From Eledone cirrhosa (Eukaryota): a DNA stretch of 64,000 bases. Shown here piece by piece: positions 52,001 to 64,000 of the stretch; the stretch's first letter is position 1; the number at the start of each line of letters is the position of its first letter. The stretch is from contig OZ024744.1 in the NCBI GenBank assembly GCA_964016885.1, positions 18,414,001 to 18,478,000 of the forward strand. The letters are read 5' to 3'. Made by a program: the position numbers and the translations under genes. The notes beneath the pieces were generated by a model. That model was not told the origin of the DNA. It saw nothing but the letters and a program-made list of their open reading frames with translations, and ran no database searches.

Positions 52001-55000
52001 TTTCTGTATGTCTGTTTCACTGTGTATGTCACTGTGTGTTTCTGTATGTCTGTGTCACTCTGTATGTCACTGTATATTTCTGTATATCTGTGTCACTGTG
52101 TATGTCACTGTATGTTTCTGTATGTCTGTGTCACTGTGTATGTCACTGTGTGTTTCTGTATGTCTGTGTCACTGTATATGTCACTGTATCTTTGTGTATG
52201 CCTGTGTCACTGTTTATGTCACTGTATGTTTCTGTAAGTCTGTTTCACTGTGTATGTCACTGTATATTTGTGTATGTCTGTGTCACTCTGTATGTCACTG
52301 TGTGTTTCTGTATGTCTGTGTCACTATGTATGCCACTGTATGTTTGTGTTATCTGTGTCATTGTGTATGTCACTGGGTGTTTCTGTATGTCTGTGTCACT
52401 GTGTATGACACTGTGTGTTTCTGTATGTATGTATCACTGTGTATGTCACTGTGTGTTTCTGTATGTCTGTGTCACTATGTAAGTCATTGTATCTTTGTGT
52501 ATGTCTGTGGCACTCTGTATGTTGTTGTGTGTTTCTGTATGTATGTGTCTCTGTGTATGTCACTGTATCTTTGTGTATGTATGTGTCGCTGTGTATGTTA
52601 CTGTGAGTTTATGTATGTCTGTGTCACTGTGTATGTCACTGTATGTCTATGTATGTCTGTGTCACTGTCTATGTCACTGTATCTTTGTGTATGTCTGTAT
52701 CACTGTGTATGTCACTGTGTGTTTATGTATGTCTGTGTCTCTGTGTATGTCACAGTGTGTTTCTGTATATCTGTGTCTCTGTGTATGTCACTGTATCTTT
52801 GTGTATGTCTGTGTCACTGTGTATGTCACTGTATGTTTCTGTATGTATGTTTCACCGTGTATGTCACTAAATGTTTGTGTGTGTCTGTGTCTCTGTGTAT
52901 GTCACTGTGTGTTTCGTGTGTCTGTGTCACTGTGTATGTCACTGTGTGTTTCTGTATGTCTGTGTGACTGTGTATGTCACTGTTTGTTTGTGTATGTATG
53001 TGTCACTGTGTGTGTTTCTGTATGTCTGTGTCACTGTGTATGTCATTGCATCTTTGTGTATGTCTGTGTCACTGTGTATGTCACAGTGTGTTTCTGTATG
53101 TCTGTGTCACTGTCTATGTCACTGTATGTTTCTGAATGTCTGTGTCACTGTGCATGTCACTGTGTGTTTCTGTATGTCTGTGTCACGGTGTATGTCACTG
53201 TATGTTTGTGTGTGACTGTGTCACTGTGTATGTCACTGTGTGTTTGTGTATGTCTGTGTCACTGTATGTTTCTGTATGTCTGTGTCACTGTGTATGTCAC
53301 TGTGTGTTTCTGTATGTCTGTGTCACTGTGTATGTCATTGTATCTTTGTGTGTGACTGTGTCACTGTGTATGTCACTGTGTGTTTGTGTATGTCTGTGTC
53401 ACTGTATCTTCGCGTATGTCTGCGTCACTGTGTATGTCACTGTGTGTTTCTGCATGTCTGTGTCACTGTGTATGTCACAGTGTGTTTCTGTATATCTGTG
53501 ACTCTGTGTATGTCACTGTATCTTTGTGTATGTCTGTGTCACTGTGTATGTCACTGTATGTTTCTGTATGTATGTTTCACCGTCTATGTCACTAAATGTT
53601 TGTGTGTGTCTGTGTCTCTGTGTATGTCACTGTGTGTTTGCCTGTGTCTGTGTCACTGTGTATGTCACTGTGTGTTTCTGTATGTCTGTGTGACTGTGTA
53701 TGTCACTGTTTGTTTGTGTATGTCTGTGTCACTGTGTGTGTTTCTGTATGTCTGTGTCTCTGTGTATGTCACTGTGTCTTTATGTATGACTGTGTCACTC
53801 TGTATGTCACTGTATATTTCTGTATGTCCGTGTCACTGTGTATGTCACTGTATGTTTCTGTATGTTTGTGTCACTGTGTATGTCACTGTATGTTTCTGTA
53901 TGTCTGTTTCACTGTGTATGTCACTGTGTCTTTATGTATGTCTGTGTCACTCTGTATGTCACTGTATATTTCTGTATGTCTGTGTCACTGTGTATGTCAC
54001 TGTATGTTTCTGTATGTCTGTGTCACTGTGTATGTCACTATGTGTTTCTGTATGTCTGTGTCACTGTATATGTCACTGTATCTTTGTGTATGCCTATGTC
54101 ACTGTTTATGTCACTGTATGTTTCTGTATGTCTGTTTCACTGTGTATGCCACTATATATTTGTGTATGTCTGTGTCACTCTGTATGTCACTGTGTGTTTC
54201 TGTATGTCTGTGTCACTATGTATGCCACTGTATGTTTGTGTTATCTGTGTCATTGTGTATGTCACTGGGTGTTTCTGTATGTATGTGTCACTGTGTATGA
54301 CACTGTGTGTTTCTGTATGTATGTATCACTGTGTATGTCACTGTGTGTTTCTGTATGTCTGTGTCACTATGTAAGTCATTGTATCTTTGTGTATGTCTGT
54401 GGCACTCTGTATGTCGTTGTGTGTTTCTGTATGTATGTGTCTCTGTGTATGTCACTGTACATTTGTGTATGTATGTGTCACTGTGTATGTCACTGTGAGT
54501 TTATGTATGTCTGTGTCACTGTGTATGTCACTGTATGTCTATGTATATCTGTGTCACTGTCTATATCACTGTATCTTTGTGTATGTCTGTATCACTGTGT
54601 ATGTCACTGTGTGTTTATGTATGTCTGTGTCTCTGTGTATGTCACTGTATCTTTGCGTATGTCTGCGTCACTGTGTATGTCACTGTGTGTTTCTGTATGT
54701 CTGTGTCACTGTGTATGTCACAGTGTGTTTCTGTATATCTGTGTCTCTGTGTATGTCTCTGTATCTTTGTGTATGTCTGTGTCACTGTGTATGTCACTGT
54801 ATGTTTCTGTATGTATGTTTCACTGTGTATGTCACTAAATGTTTGTGTGTGTCTGTGTCACTATGTATGTCACTGTGTGTTTTCTGTATGTATGTGTGAC
54901 TGTGTATGTCACTGTTTCTTTGTGTATGTCTGTGTCACTGTGTGTGTTTCTGTATGTCTGTGTCACTGTGTATGTCATTGCATCTTTGTGTATGTCTGTG

Positions 55001-57799
55001 TCACTCTGTATGTCACTGTGTGTTTCTGCATGTCTGCGTCACTGTGTATGTCAATGTGTGTTCCTGTATGTCTGTGTCACTGTGTATGTCACTGTATGTT
55101 TCTGTATGTCTGTTTCACTGTGTATATCACTGTGTGTTTCTGTATGTCTGTGTCACTGTATATGTCACTGTATCTTTGTGTATGCCTGTGTCACTGTCTA
55201 TGTCACTGTATGTTTCTGTATGTCTGTTTCACTGTGTATGTCACTGTATATTTGTGTATGTCTGTGTCACTCTGTATGTCACTGTGTGTTTCTGTATGTC
55301 TGTGTCACTATGTATGCCACTGTATATTTGTGTTGTCTGTGTCATTGTGTATGTCACTGGGTGTTTCTGTATGTCTGTGTCACTGTGTATGACACTGTGT
55401 CTTTCTGTATGTATGTATCACTGTGTATGTCACTGTGTGTATCTGTATGTCTGTGTCACTGTGTAAGTCATTGTATCTTTGTGTATGTCTGTGGCACTCT
55501 GTATGTCGTTGTGTGTTTCTGTATGTATGTGTCTCTGTGTATGTCACTGTATATTTGTGTATGTATGTGTCACTGTGTATGTCACTGTGAGTTTCTCTAT
55601 GTCTGTGTCACTGTGTATGTCACTGTATGTCTCTGTATGTCTGTGTCACTGTCTATGTCACTGTATCTTTGTGTATGTCTGTGTCACTGTGTATGTCACA
55701 GTGTGTTTATGTATTTCTGTGTCTCTGTGTATGCCACTGTATCTTTGTGTATGTCTGCGTCACTGTGTATGTCACTGTGTGCTTCTGTATGTCTGTGTCA
55801 CTGTGTATGTCACAGTGTGTTTCTGTATATATGTGTCTCTGTGTATGTCACTGTATCTTTGTGTATGTCTGTGTCACTGTGTGTTTCTGTATGTCTGTGT
55901 CACTGTGTATGTCACTGTGTGTTTGTGTATGTCTGTGTCACTGTATGTTTCTGTATGTCTGTGTCACTGTGTATGTCACCGTATGTGTGTGTATGTCTGT
56001 GCCACGGTGTATGTCACTGTATCTTTGTGTATGCCTGTGTCACTGTGTATGTCACTGTGTGTTTCTGTATGTCTGTGTCACTGTGTATGTCATTGTATGT
56101 TTGTGTGTCTGTGTCACTGTGTATGTCAATGTATCTGTGTGTTTCTGTATGTCTGTGTCTCTGTGTATGTCACTGTATCTTTGTGTATGTATGTGTCACT
56201 GTGTATGTCACTGTGTGTTTCTGTATGTCTGTGTCACTGTGTATATCACTGTGTGTTTCTGTATATCTGTGTCTCTGTGTATGTCACTGTATCTTTGTGT
56301 ATGTTTGGGTCACTGTGTATATCACTGTATGTTTGTGTATATCTGTGTCACGGTGTATGTCACTGCATGTTTGTGTATGTCTGTGTGACTGTGTATGTCA
56401 CTGTGTGTTTTTGTATGGCTGTGTCACTGTGTATGTCACTGTATCTTTGTGTATGTCTGTGTCACTGTGTATGTCACAGTGTGTTTCTGTATGTCTGTGT
56501 CACTGTCTATGTCACTGTATGTTTCTGAATGTCTGTGTCACTGTCTATGTCACTGTGTGTTTCTGTATGTCTGTGTCACGGTGTATGTCACTGTATGTTT
56601 GTGTGTGACTGTGTCACTGTGTATGTCACTGTGTGTCTGTGTATGTCTGTGCCACTGTATGTTTCTGTATGTCTGTGTCACTGTGTATGTCACTGTGTGT
56701 TTCTGTACGTCTGTGTCACTGTGTATGTCATTGTATCTTTGTGTATGTCTGTGTCACTGTGTATGTCACTGTATGTTTCTGTAAGTTTGTGTCACTGTGT
56801 ATGTCACTGTGTGTTTCTGTATGTCTGTGTCTCTGTGTATGTCAGTGTATGTTTCTGTATGTCTGTTTCACTGTGTATGTCACTGTGTCTTTATGTATGT
56901 CTGTGTCACTCTGTATGTCACTGTATATTTCTGTATGTCTGTGTCACTGTGTATGTCACTGTATGTTTCTGTATGTTTGTGTCACTGTGTATGTCACTGT
57001 ATGTTTCTGTATGTCTCTTTCACTGTGTATGTCACTGTGTCTTTATGTATGTCTGTGTCACTCTGTATGTCACTGTATATTTCCGTATGTCTGTGTCACT
57101 GTGTATGTCACTGTATGTTTCTGTATGTCTGTGTCACTGTGTATGTCACTGTATGTTTCTGTATGTCTGTTTCACTGTGTATGTCACTGTGTGTTTCTGT
57201 ATGTCTGTGTCACTCCGTATGTCACTGTATATTTCTGTATGTCTGTGTCACTGTGTATGTCACTGTATGTTTCTGTATGTCTGTGTCACTGTGTATGTCA
57301 CTGTGTGTTTCTGTATGTCTGTGTCACTGTATATGTCACTGTATCTTTGTGTATGCCTGTGTCACTGTTTATGTCACTGTATGTTTCTGTAAGTCTGTTT
57401 CACTGTGTATGTCACTGTGTGTTTCTGTATGTCTGTGTCACTATGTATGCCACTGTATGTTTGTGTTATCTGTGTCATTGTGTATGTCACTGGGTGTTTC
57501 TGTATGTCTGTGTCACTGTGTATGACACTGTGTGTTTCTGTATGTATGTATCACTGTGTATGTCACTGTGTGTTTCTGTATGTCTGTGTCACTATGTAAG
57601 TCATTGTATCTTTGTGTATGTCTGTGGCACTCTGTATGTTGTTGTGTGTTTCTGTATGTATGTGTCTATGTGTATGCCACTGTATCTTTGTGTATGTATG
57701 TGTCACTGTGTATGTTACTGTGAGTTTATGTATGTCTGTGTCACTGTGTATGTCACTGTATGTCTATGTATGTCCGTGTCACTGTCTATGTCACTGTAT

Positions 57800-58110
57800 C
57801 TTTGTGTATGTCTGTATCACTGTGTATGTCACTGTGTGTTTATGTATGTCTGTGTCTCTGTGTATGTCACTGTATCTTTGCGTATGTCTGCGTCACTGTG
57901 TATGTCACTGTGTGTTTCTGTATGTCTGTGTCACTGTGTATGTCACAGTGTGTTTCTGTATATCTGTGTCTCTGTGTATGTCACTGTATATTTGTGTATG
58001 TCTGTATCACTGTGTATGTCACTGTGTGTTTATGTATGTCTGTGTCTCTGTGTATGTCACTGTATCTTTGCGTATGTCTGCGTCACTGTGTATGTCACTG
58101 TGTGTTTCTG
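57800..58110 (+). repeat. Local 190-bp (5-monomer) offset duplication
   Basis: TCTGTATCAC...TTTGCGTATGTCTGCGTCAC at 57811 and 58001. Confidence 0.8.
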
Positions 58111-60439
58111 CATGTCTGTGTCACTGTGTATGTCACTGTGTGTTCCTGTATGTCTGTGTCACTGTGTATGTCACTGTATGTTTCTGTATGTCTGTTTCAC
58201 TGTGTATATCACTGTGTGTTTCTGTATGTCTGTGTCACTGTATACGTCACTGAATCTTTGTGTATGCCTGTGTCACTGTCTATGTCACTGTATGTTTCTG
58301 TATGTCTGTTTCACTGTGTATGTCACTGTATATTTGTGTATGTCTGTGTCACTCTGTATGTCACTGTGTGTTTCTGTATGTCTGAGTCACTTTGTATGCC
58401 ACTGTATGTTTGTGTTGTCTGTGTCATTGTGTATGTCACTGGGTGTTTCTGTATGTCTGTGTCACTGTGTATGACACTGTGTCTTTCTGTATGTATGTAT
58501 CACTGTGTATGTCACTGTGTGTATCTGTATGTCTGTGTCACTGTGTAAGTCATTGTATCTTTGTGTATGTCTCTGGCACTCTGTATGTCGTTGTGTGTTT
58601 CTGTATGTATGTGTCTCTGTGTATGTCACTGTATCTTTGTGTATGTATGTGTCACTGTGTATGTCACTGTGAGTTTCTCTATGTCTGTGTCACTGTGTAT
58701 GACACTGTATGTCTCTGTATGTCTGTGTCACTGTCTATGTCACTGTATCTTTGTGTATGGCTGTGTCACTGTGTATGTCACTGTGTGTTTATGTATTTCT
58801 GTGTCTCTGTGTATGCCACTGTATCTTTGTGTATGTCTGCGTCACTGTGTATGTCACTGTGTGTTTCTGTATGTCTGTGTCACTGTGTATGTCACGGTGT
58901 GTTTCTGTATATATGTGTCACTGTGTATGTCACTGTATGTGTGTGTGTGTCTGTGTCACTGTGTATGTCACTGTGTGTTTGTGTATGTCTGTGTCACTGT
59001 ATCTTTGTGTATGCATGTGTCACTGTGTATGTCACTGTATCTTTATGTATGTCTGTGTCACTGTATATGTCACTGTATCTTTGTGTATGTCTACGTCACT
59101 GTGTATCTCACTGTGTGTTTCTGTATGTCTGTGTCTTTGTGTATGTTACTGTACCTTTGTGTATGTCTGTGTCACTGTGTATGTCACTGTATCTTTGTGT
59201 ATGTCTGTGTCACTGTGTATGTCACTGTATCTTTGCGTATGTCGGTGTCACCGTGTATGTCACTGTAACGTTGTGTATCTCTGTGTCACTGTGTATGTCA
59301 CTGTATCTTTGTGTATGTCTGTGTCACTGTGTATGTCACTGTGTGTTTCTGTATATATGTGTCACGGTGTATGTCACTGTATGTTTGTGTATATCTGTGT
59401 CACTGTGTATGTCACTGTATCTTTGTGTATGTCGGTGTCACTGTGTATGTTACTGTGTGTTTCTGTATGTCTGTGTCACTGTGTTTGTCTGTGTGTGTTT
59501 CTGTATGCCTGTGTCACTGTGTATATCACTGTATGTTTGTGTGTGTCTGTGTCACTGTGTATGTCACTGTATGTCTCTGTATGTCTGTGTCACTGTCTAT
59601 GTCACTGTATCTTTGTGTATGTCTGTGTCACTGTGTATGTCACTGTGTGTTTATGTATTTCTGTGTCTCTGTGTATGCCACTGTATCTTTGTGTATGTCT
59701 GCGTCACTGTGTATGTCACTGTGTGTTTCTGCATGTCTGTGTCACTGTGTATGTCACAGTGTGTTTCAGTATATATGTGTCTCTGTGTATGTCACTGTAT
59801 CTTTGTGTATGTCTGTGTCACTCTGTGTTTCTGTATGTCTGTGTCACTGTGTATGTCACTGTATGTTTGTGTGTGTCTGTGTCACTGTGTCTGTGTCACT
59901 GTGTATGTCACTGTGTGTTTGTGTATGTCTGTGTCACTGTATGATTCTGTATGTCCGTGTCACTGTGTATGTCACTGTGTGTTTCTGTATGTCTGTGTCA
60001 CTGTGTATATCACTGTATGTTTGTGTGTGTCTGTGTCACTGTGTATGTCAATGTCTCTGTGTGTTTCTGTATGTCTGTGTCTCTGTGTATGTCACTGTAT
60101 CTTTGTGTATGTATGTGTCACTGTGTATGTCACTGTTTGTTTCTGTATGTCTGTGTCACTGTGTATATCACTGTGTGTTTCTGTATATCTGTGTCTCTGT
60201 GTATGTCACTGTATCTTTGTGTATGTATGTGTCACTGTGTATGTCACTGTGTGTTTCTGTATGTCTGTGTCACTGTGTATATCAATGTGTGTTTCTGTAT
60301 CTCTGTGTCACGGTGTATGTCACTGAATGTTTGTGTATGTCTGTGTGACTGTGTATGTCACTGTGTGTTTCTGTATGGCTGTGTCACTGTGTATGTCACT
60401 ATATATTTGTGTATGTCTGTGTCACTGTGTATGTGACAG

Positions 60440-63400
60440 TGTGTTTCTGTATGTCTGTGTCACTGTCTATGTCACTGTATGTTTCTGAATGTATGTGTCA
60501 CTGTGTATGTCACTGTGTGTTTCTGTATGTCTGTGTCACGGTGTATGTCATTGTATGTTTGTGTGTGTCTGTGTGACCGTGTATGTCACTGTGTGTTTGT
60601 GTATGTCTGTGTCACTGTATGTTTCTGTATGTCTGTGTCACTGTGTATGTCACTGTGTGTTTCTGTATGTCTGTGTCACTGTGTATGTCATTGTATCTTT
60701 GTGTATGTCTGTGTCACTGTGTATGTCACCGTATGTTTCTGTATGTTTGTGTCACTGTGTATGTCACAGTGTGTTTCTGTATGTCTGTGTCTCTGTGTAT
60801 GTCACTGTATGTTTCCGTATGTCTGTTTCACAGTGTATGTCACTGTGTCTTTATGTATGTCTGTGTCACTCTGTATGTCACTGTATATTTCTGTATGTCT
60901 GTGTCACTCTGTATGTCACTGTATGTTTCTGTACGGCTGTGTCACTGTGTATGTCACTGTATGTTTCTGTATGTCTATGTCACTGTGTATGTCACTCTAT
61001 GTTTCTGTATGTCTGTTTCAATGTGTATGTCACTGTGTGTTTCTGTATGTCTGTGTCACTCTGTATGTCACTGTATATTTCTGTATGTCTGTGTCACTGT
61101 GTATGTCACTGTATGTTTCTGTATGTCTGTGTCACTGTGTATGTCACTGGGTGTTTCTGTATGTCTGTGTCACTGTATATGTCACTGTATCTTTGTGTAT
61201 GCCTGTGTCACTGTTTATGTCACTGTATGTTTCTGTATGTCTGTTTCACTGTGTATGTCACTGTATATTTGTGTATGTCTGTGTCACTCTGTATGTCACT
61301 GTGTGTTTCTGTATGTCTGTGTCACTATGTATGCCACTGTATGTTTGTGTTATCTGTGTCATTGTGTATGTCACTGGGTGTTTCTGTATGTCTGTGTCAC
61401 TGTGTATGACACTGTGTGTTTCTGTATGTATGTATCACTGTGTATGTCACTGTGTTTCTGTATGTCTGTGTCACTATGTAAGTCATTGTATCTTTGTGTA
61501 TGTCTGTGCCACTCTGTATGTTGTTGTGTGTTTCTGTATGTATGTGTCTCTGTGTATGTCACTGTATCTTTGTGTATGTATGTGTCACTGTGTATGTTAC
61601 TGTGAGTTTATGTATGTCTGTGTCACTGTGTATGTCACTGTATGTCTATGTATGTCTGTGTCACTATCTATGTCACTGTATCTTTGTGTATGTCTGTATC
61701 ACTGTGTATGTCACTGTGTGTTTATGTATGTCTGTGTCTCTGTGTATGTCACTGTATCTTTGCGTATGTCTGCGTCACTGTGTATGTCACTGTGTGTTTC
61801 TGTATGCCTGTGTCACTGTGTATGTCACAGTGTGTTTCTGTATATCTCTCTCTCTGTGTATGTCACTGTATCTTTGTGTATGTCTGTGTCACTGTGTATG
61901 TCACTGTATGTTTCTGTATGTATGTTTCACTGTGTATGTCACTAAATGTTTGTGTGTGTCTGTGTCTCTGTGTATGTCACTGTGTGTTTGCGTGTGTCTG
62001 TGTCACTGTGTATGTCACTGTTTGTTTGTGTATGTCTGTGTCGCTGTGTGTGTTTCTGTAAGTCTGTGTCACTGTGTATGTCATTGCATCTTTGTGTATG
62101 TCTGTGTCACTCTGTATGTCACTGTGTGTTTCTGCATGTCTGTGTCACTGTGTATGTCACTGTGTGTTTCTGTATCTCTGTGTCACTGTCTATGTCACTG
62201 TATGTTTCTGAATGTCTGTGTCACTGTGTATGTCACTGTGTATTTCTGTATGTCTGTGTCACGGTGTATGTCATTGTATGTTTGTGTGTGTCTGTGTCAC
62301 CGTGTATGTCACTGTGTGTTTGTGTATGTCTGTGTCACTGTATGTTTCTGTATGTCTGTGTCACTGTGTATGTCACTGTGTGTTTCTGTATGTCTGTGTC
62401 ACTGTGTATGTCATTGTATCTTTGTGTATGTCTGTGTCACTGTGTATGTCACTGTATGTTTCTGTATGTTTGTGTCACTGTGTATGTCACAGTGTGTTTC
62501 TGTATGTCTGTGTCTCTGTGTATGTCACTGTATGTTTCTGTATGTCTGTTTCACTGTGTATGTCACTGTGTCTTTATGTATGTCTGTGTCACTCTGTATG
62601 TCACTGTATATTTCTGTATGTCTGTGTCACTGTGTATGTCACTGTATGTTTCTGTACGTCTGTGTCACTGTGTATGTCACTGTATGTTTCTGTATGTCTG
62701 TGTCACTGTGTATGTCACTGTATGTTTCTGTATGTCTGTTTCAATGTGTATGTCACTGTGTGTTTCTGTATGTCTGTGTCACTCTGTATGTCACTGTATA
62801 TTTCTGTATGTCTGTGTCACTGTGTATGTCACTGTATGTTTCTGTATGTCTATGTCACTGTGTATGTCACTGTGTGTTTCTGTATGTCTGTGTCACTGTA
62901 TATGTCACTGTATCTTTGTGTATGCCTGTGTCACTGTTTATGTCACTGTATGTTTCTGTATGTCTGTGTCACTGTGTATGTCACTGTATATTTGTGTATG
63001 TCTGTGTCACTCTGTATGTCACTGTGTGTTTCTGTATGTCTGTGTCACTATGTATGCCACTGTATGTTTGTGTTATCTGTCTCATTGTGTATGTCACTGG
63101 GTGTTTCTGTATGTCTGTGTCACTGTGTATGACACTGTGTGTTTCTGTATGTATGTATCACTGTGTATGTCACTGTGTTTCTGTATGTCTGTGTCACTAT
63201 GTAAGTCATTGTATCTTTGTGTATGTCTGTGGCACTCTGTATGTTGTTGTGTGTTTCTGTATGTATGTGTCTCTGTGTATGTCACTGTATCTTTGTGTAT
63301 GTATGTGTCACTGTTTATGTTACTGTGAGTTTATGTATGTCTGTGTCACTGTGTATGTCACTGTATGTCTATGTATGTCTGTGTCACTGTCTATGTCACT

Positions 63401-63770
63401 GTATCTTTGTGTATGTCTGTGTCACTGTGTATGTCACAGTGTGTTTCTGTATATCTGTGTCTCTGTGTATGTCACTGTATCTTTGTGTATGTCTGTGTCA
63501 CTGTGTATGTCACAGTATGTTTCTGTATGTATGTTTCACTGTGTATGTCACTAAATGTTTGTGTGTGTCTGTGTCTCTGTGTATGTCACTGTGTGTTTGC
63601 GTGTGTCTGTGTCACTGTGTATGTCACTGTTTGTTTGTGTATGTCTGTGTCACTGTGTGTGTTTCTGTAAGTCTGTGTCACTGTGTATGTCATTGCATCT
63701 TTGTGTATGTCTGTGTCACTCTGTATGTCACTGTGTGTTTCTGCATGTCTGTGTCACTGTGTATGTCACT
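60440..63770 (+). repeat. 1,723-bp tandem duplication; second copy has lost 114 bp (3 monomers) near 63420
   Basis: ORF offsets of 1,723 (60489/62212, 61371/63094, 61642/63365). The offset drops to 1,609 at the TAAATG marker (61946/63555). Ends are approximate. Confidence 0.85.
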
Positions 63771-64000
63771 GTGTGTTCCTGTATGTCTGTGTCACTGTGT
63801 ATGTCACTGTATGTTTCTGTATGTCTGTTTCACTGTGTATATCACTGTGTGTTTCTGTATGTCTGTGTCACTGTATATGTCACTGTATCTTTGTGTATGC
63901 CTGTGTCACTGTCTATGTCACTGTATGTTTCTGTATGTCTGTTTCACTGTGTATGTCACTGTATATTTGTGTATGTCTGTGTCACTCTGTATGTCACTGT

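Larger units (their letters stand above)
1..64000. repeat. Tandem satellite array, 38-bp consensus monomer TGTGTCACTGTGTATGTCACTGTGTGTTTCTGTATGTC (on the order of 1,700 copies), running off both window ends
   Basis: The monomer is readable on every line. Sub-structure is GTCACTGTGTAT + GTCACTGTGTGT + TTCTGTATGTCTGT. Common variants are TATCTTTGTG, TATGTTTGTG and TAAATGTTTG in the second half, plus shorter 26-, 28- and 24-bp monomers. Consensus composition is T18 G10 C6 A4. Confidence 0.99.
47500..64000 (+). repeat. Diverged higher-order domain with recurring marker cassette (ATGCCACTG..GTTATCTG or GTTGTCTG..CTGGGTG..ATGACAC..GTAAGTC..GGCAC)
   Basis: The cassette starts near 48106, 49123, 50266, 52325, 54217, 55309, 57442, 58391, 61326 and 63049; some copies are partly deleted. 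The left boundary is approximate. Confidence 0.8.

Noticed and set aside
40390-63285. Short minus-strand Thr/His/Gln-rich ORFs (40390, 50198, 61371, 63094)
   Set aside because: They are chance loss of in-frame TGA codons inside the marker cassette and recur only because the cassette is duplicated.
10-63670. Hundreds of long Cys/Val/Leu-rich + strand ORFs (up to 986 aa) resembling metallothionein or keratin-associated proteins
   Set aside because: The + strand consensus has no stop codon, and because 38 is not a multiple of 3 all three frames give the same 38-aa periodic peptide. ORFs overlap in every frame, end at random point variants, and indels do not preserve frame.
1-64000. CRISPR array (repeat length of 26-38 bp is in range)
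   Set aside because: There are no unique spacers, leader or cas genes; the variable parts are point variants of the same monomer.
1-64000. Actual Ig/TCR V, D or J gene segments next to the RSS-like motifs
   Set aside because: No unique coding sequence lies between motifs, and there are no V-domain or J (WGxG/FGxG) signatures.
1-64000. Telomeric repeat or G-quadruplex array
   Set aside because: Although TG-skewed, G runs are almost absent (only isolated GGG variants) and there are no TTAGGG-like units.
1-64000. Transcription-factor site array (TGACA, TALE-homeodomain-type, twice per monomer)
   Set aside because: A 5-bp motif inherent to the repeat, with nothing in the window supporting regulatory use.

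Overview
The whole 64 kb window is one uninterrupted TG-rich tandem satellite array, probably eukaryotic. Its consensus monomer is 38 bp (TGTGTCACTGTGTATGTCACTGTGTGTTTCTGTATGTC), built as 12+12+14 bp sub-repeats on a (TN)n dinucleotide lattice. I find no credible genes, RNA genes, transposon ORFs or CRISPR array; the Cys/Val-rich ORFs are a by-product of a stop-free repeat. The information is in the architecture. There is one 119-bp templated inversion (4695-4813, the exact reverse complement of 5223-5341), a very recent 13,891-bp tandem duplication, an overlapping 5,561-bp tandem duplication, and older 2.16-kb, 1.72-kb and about 3.1-3.2-kb higher-order blocks. On the minus strand the monomer reads head-to-tail as CACAGTG + 22 bp + ACAGAAACA and also contains CACAGTG + 12 bp + ACAAACACA-type motifs, so it resembles a dense array of V(D)J recombination signal sequences. 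That resemblance is visible in the sequence, but any function is untested inference. All comparisons were made by eye and from ORF-track offsets, not by alignment software.
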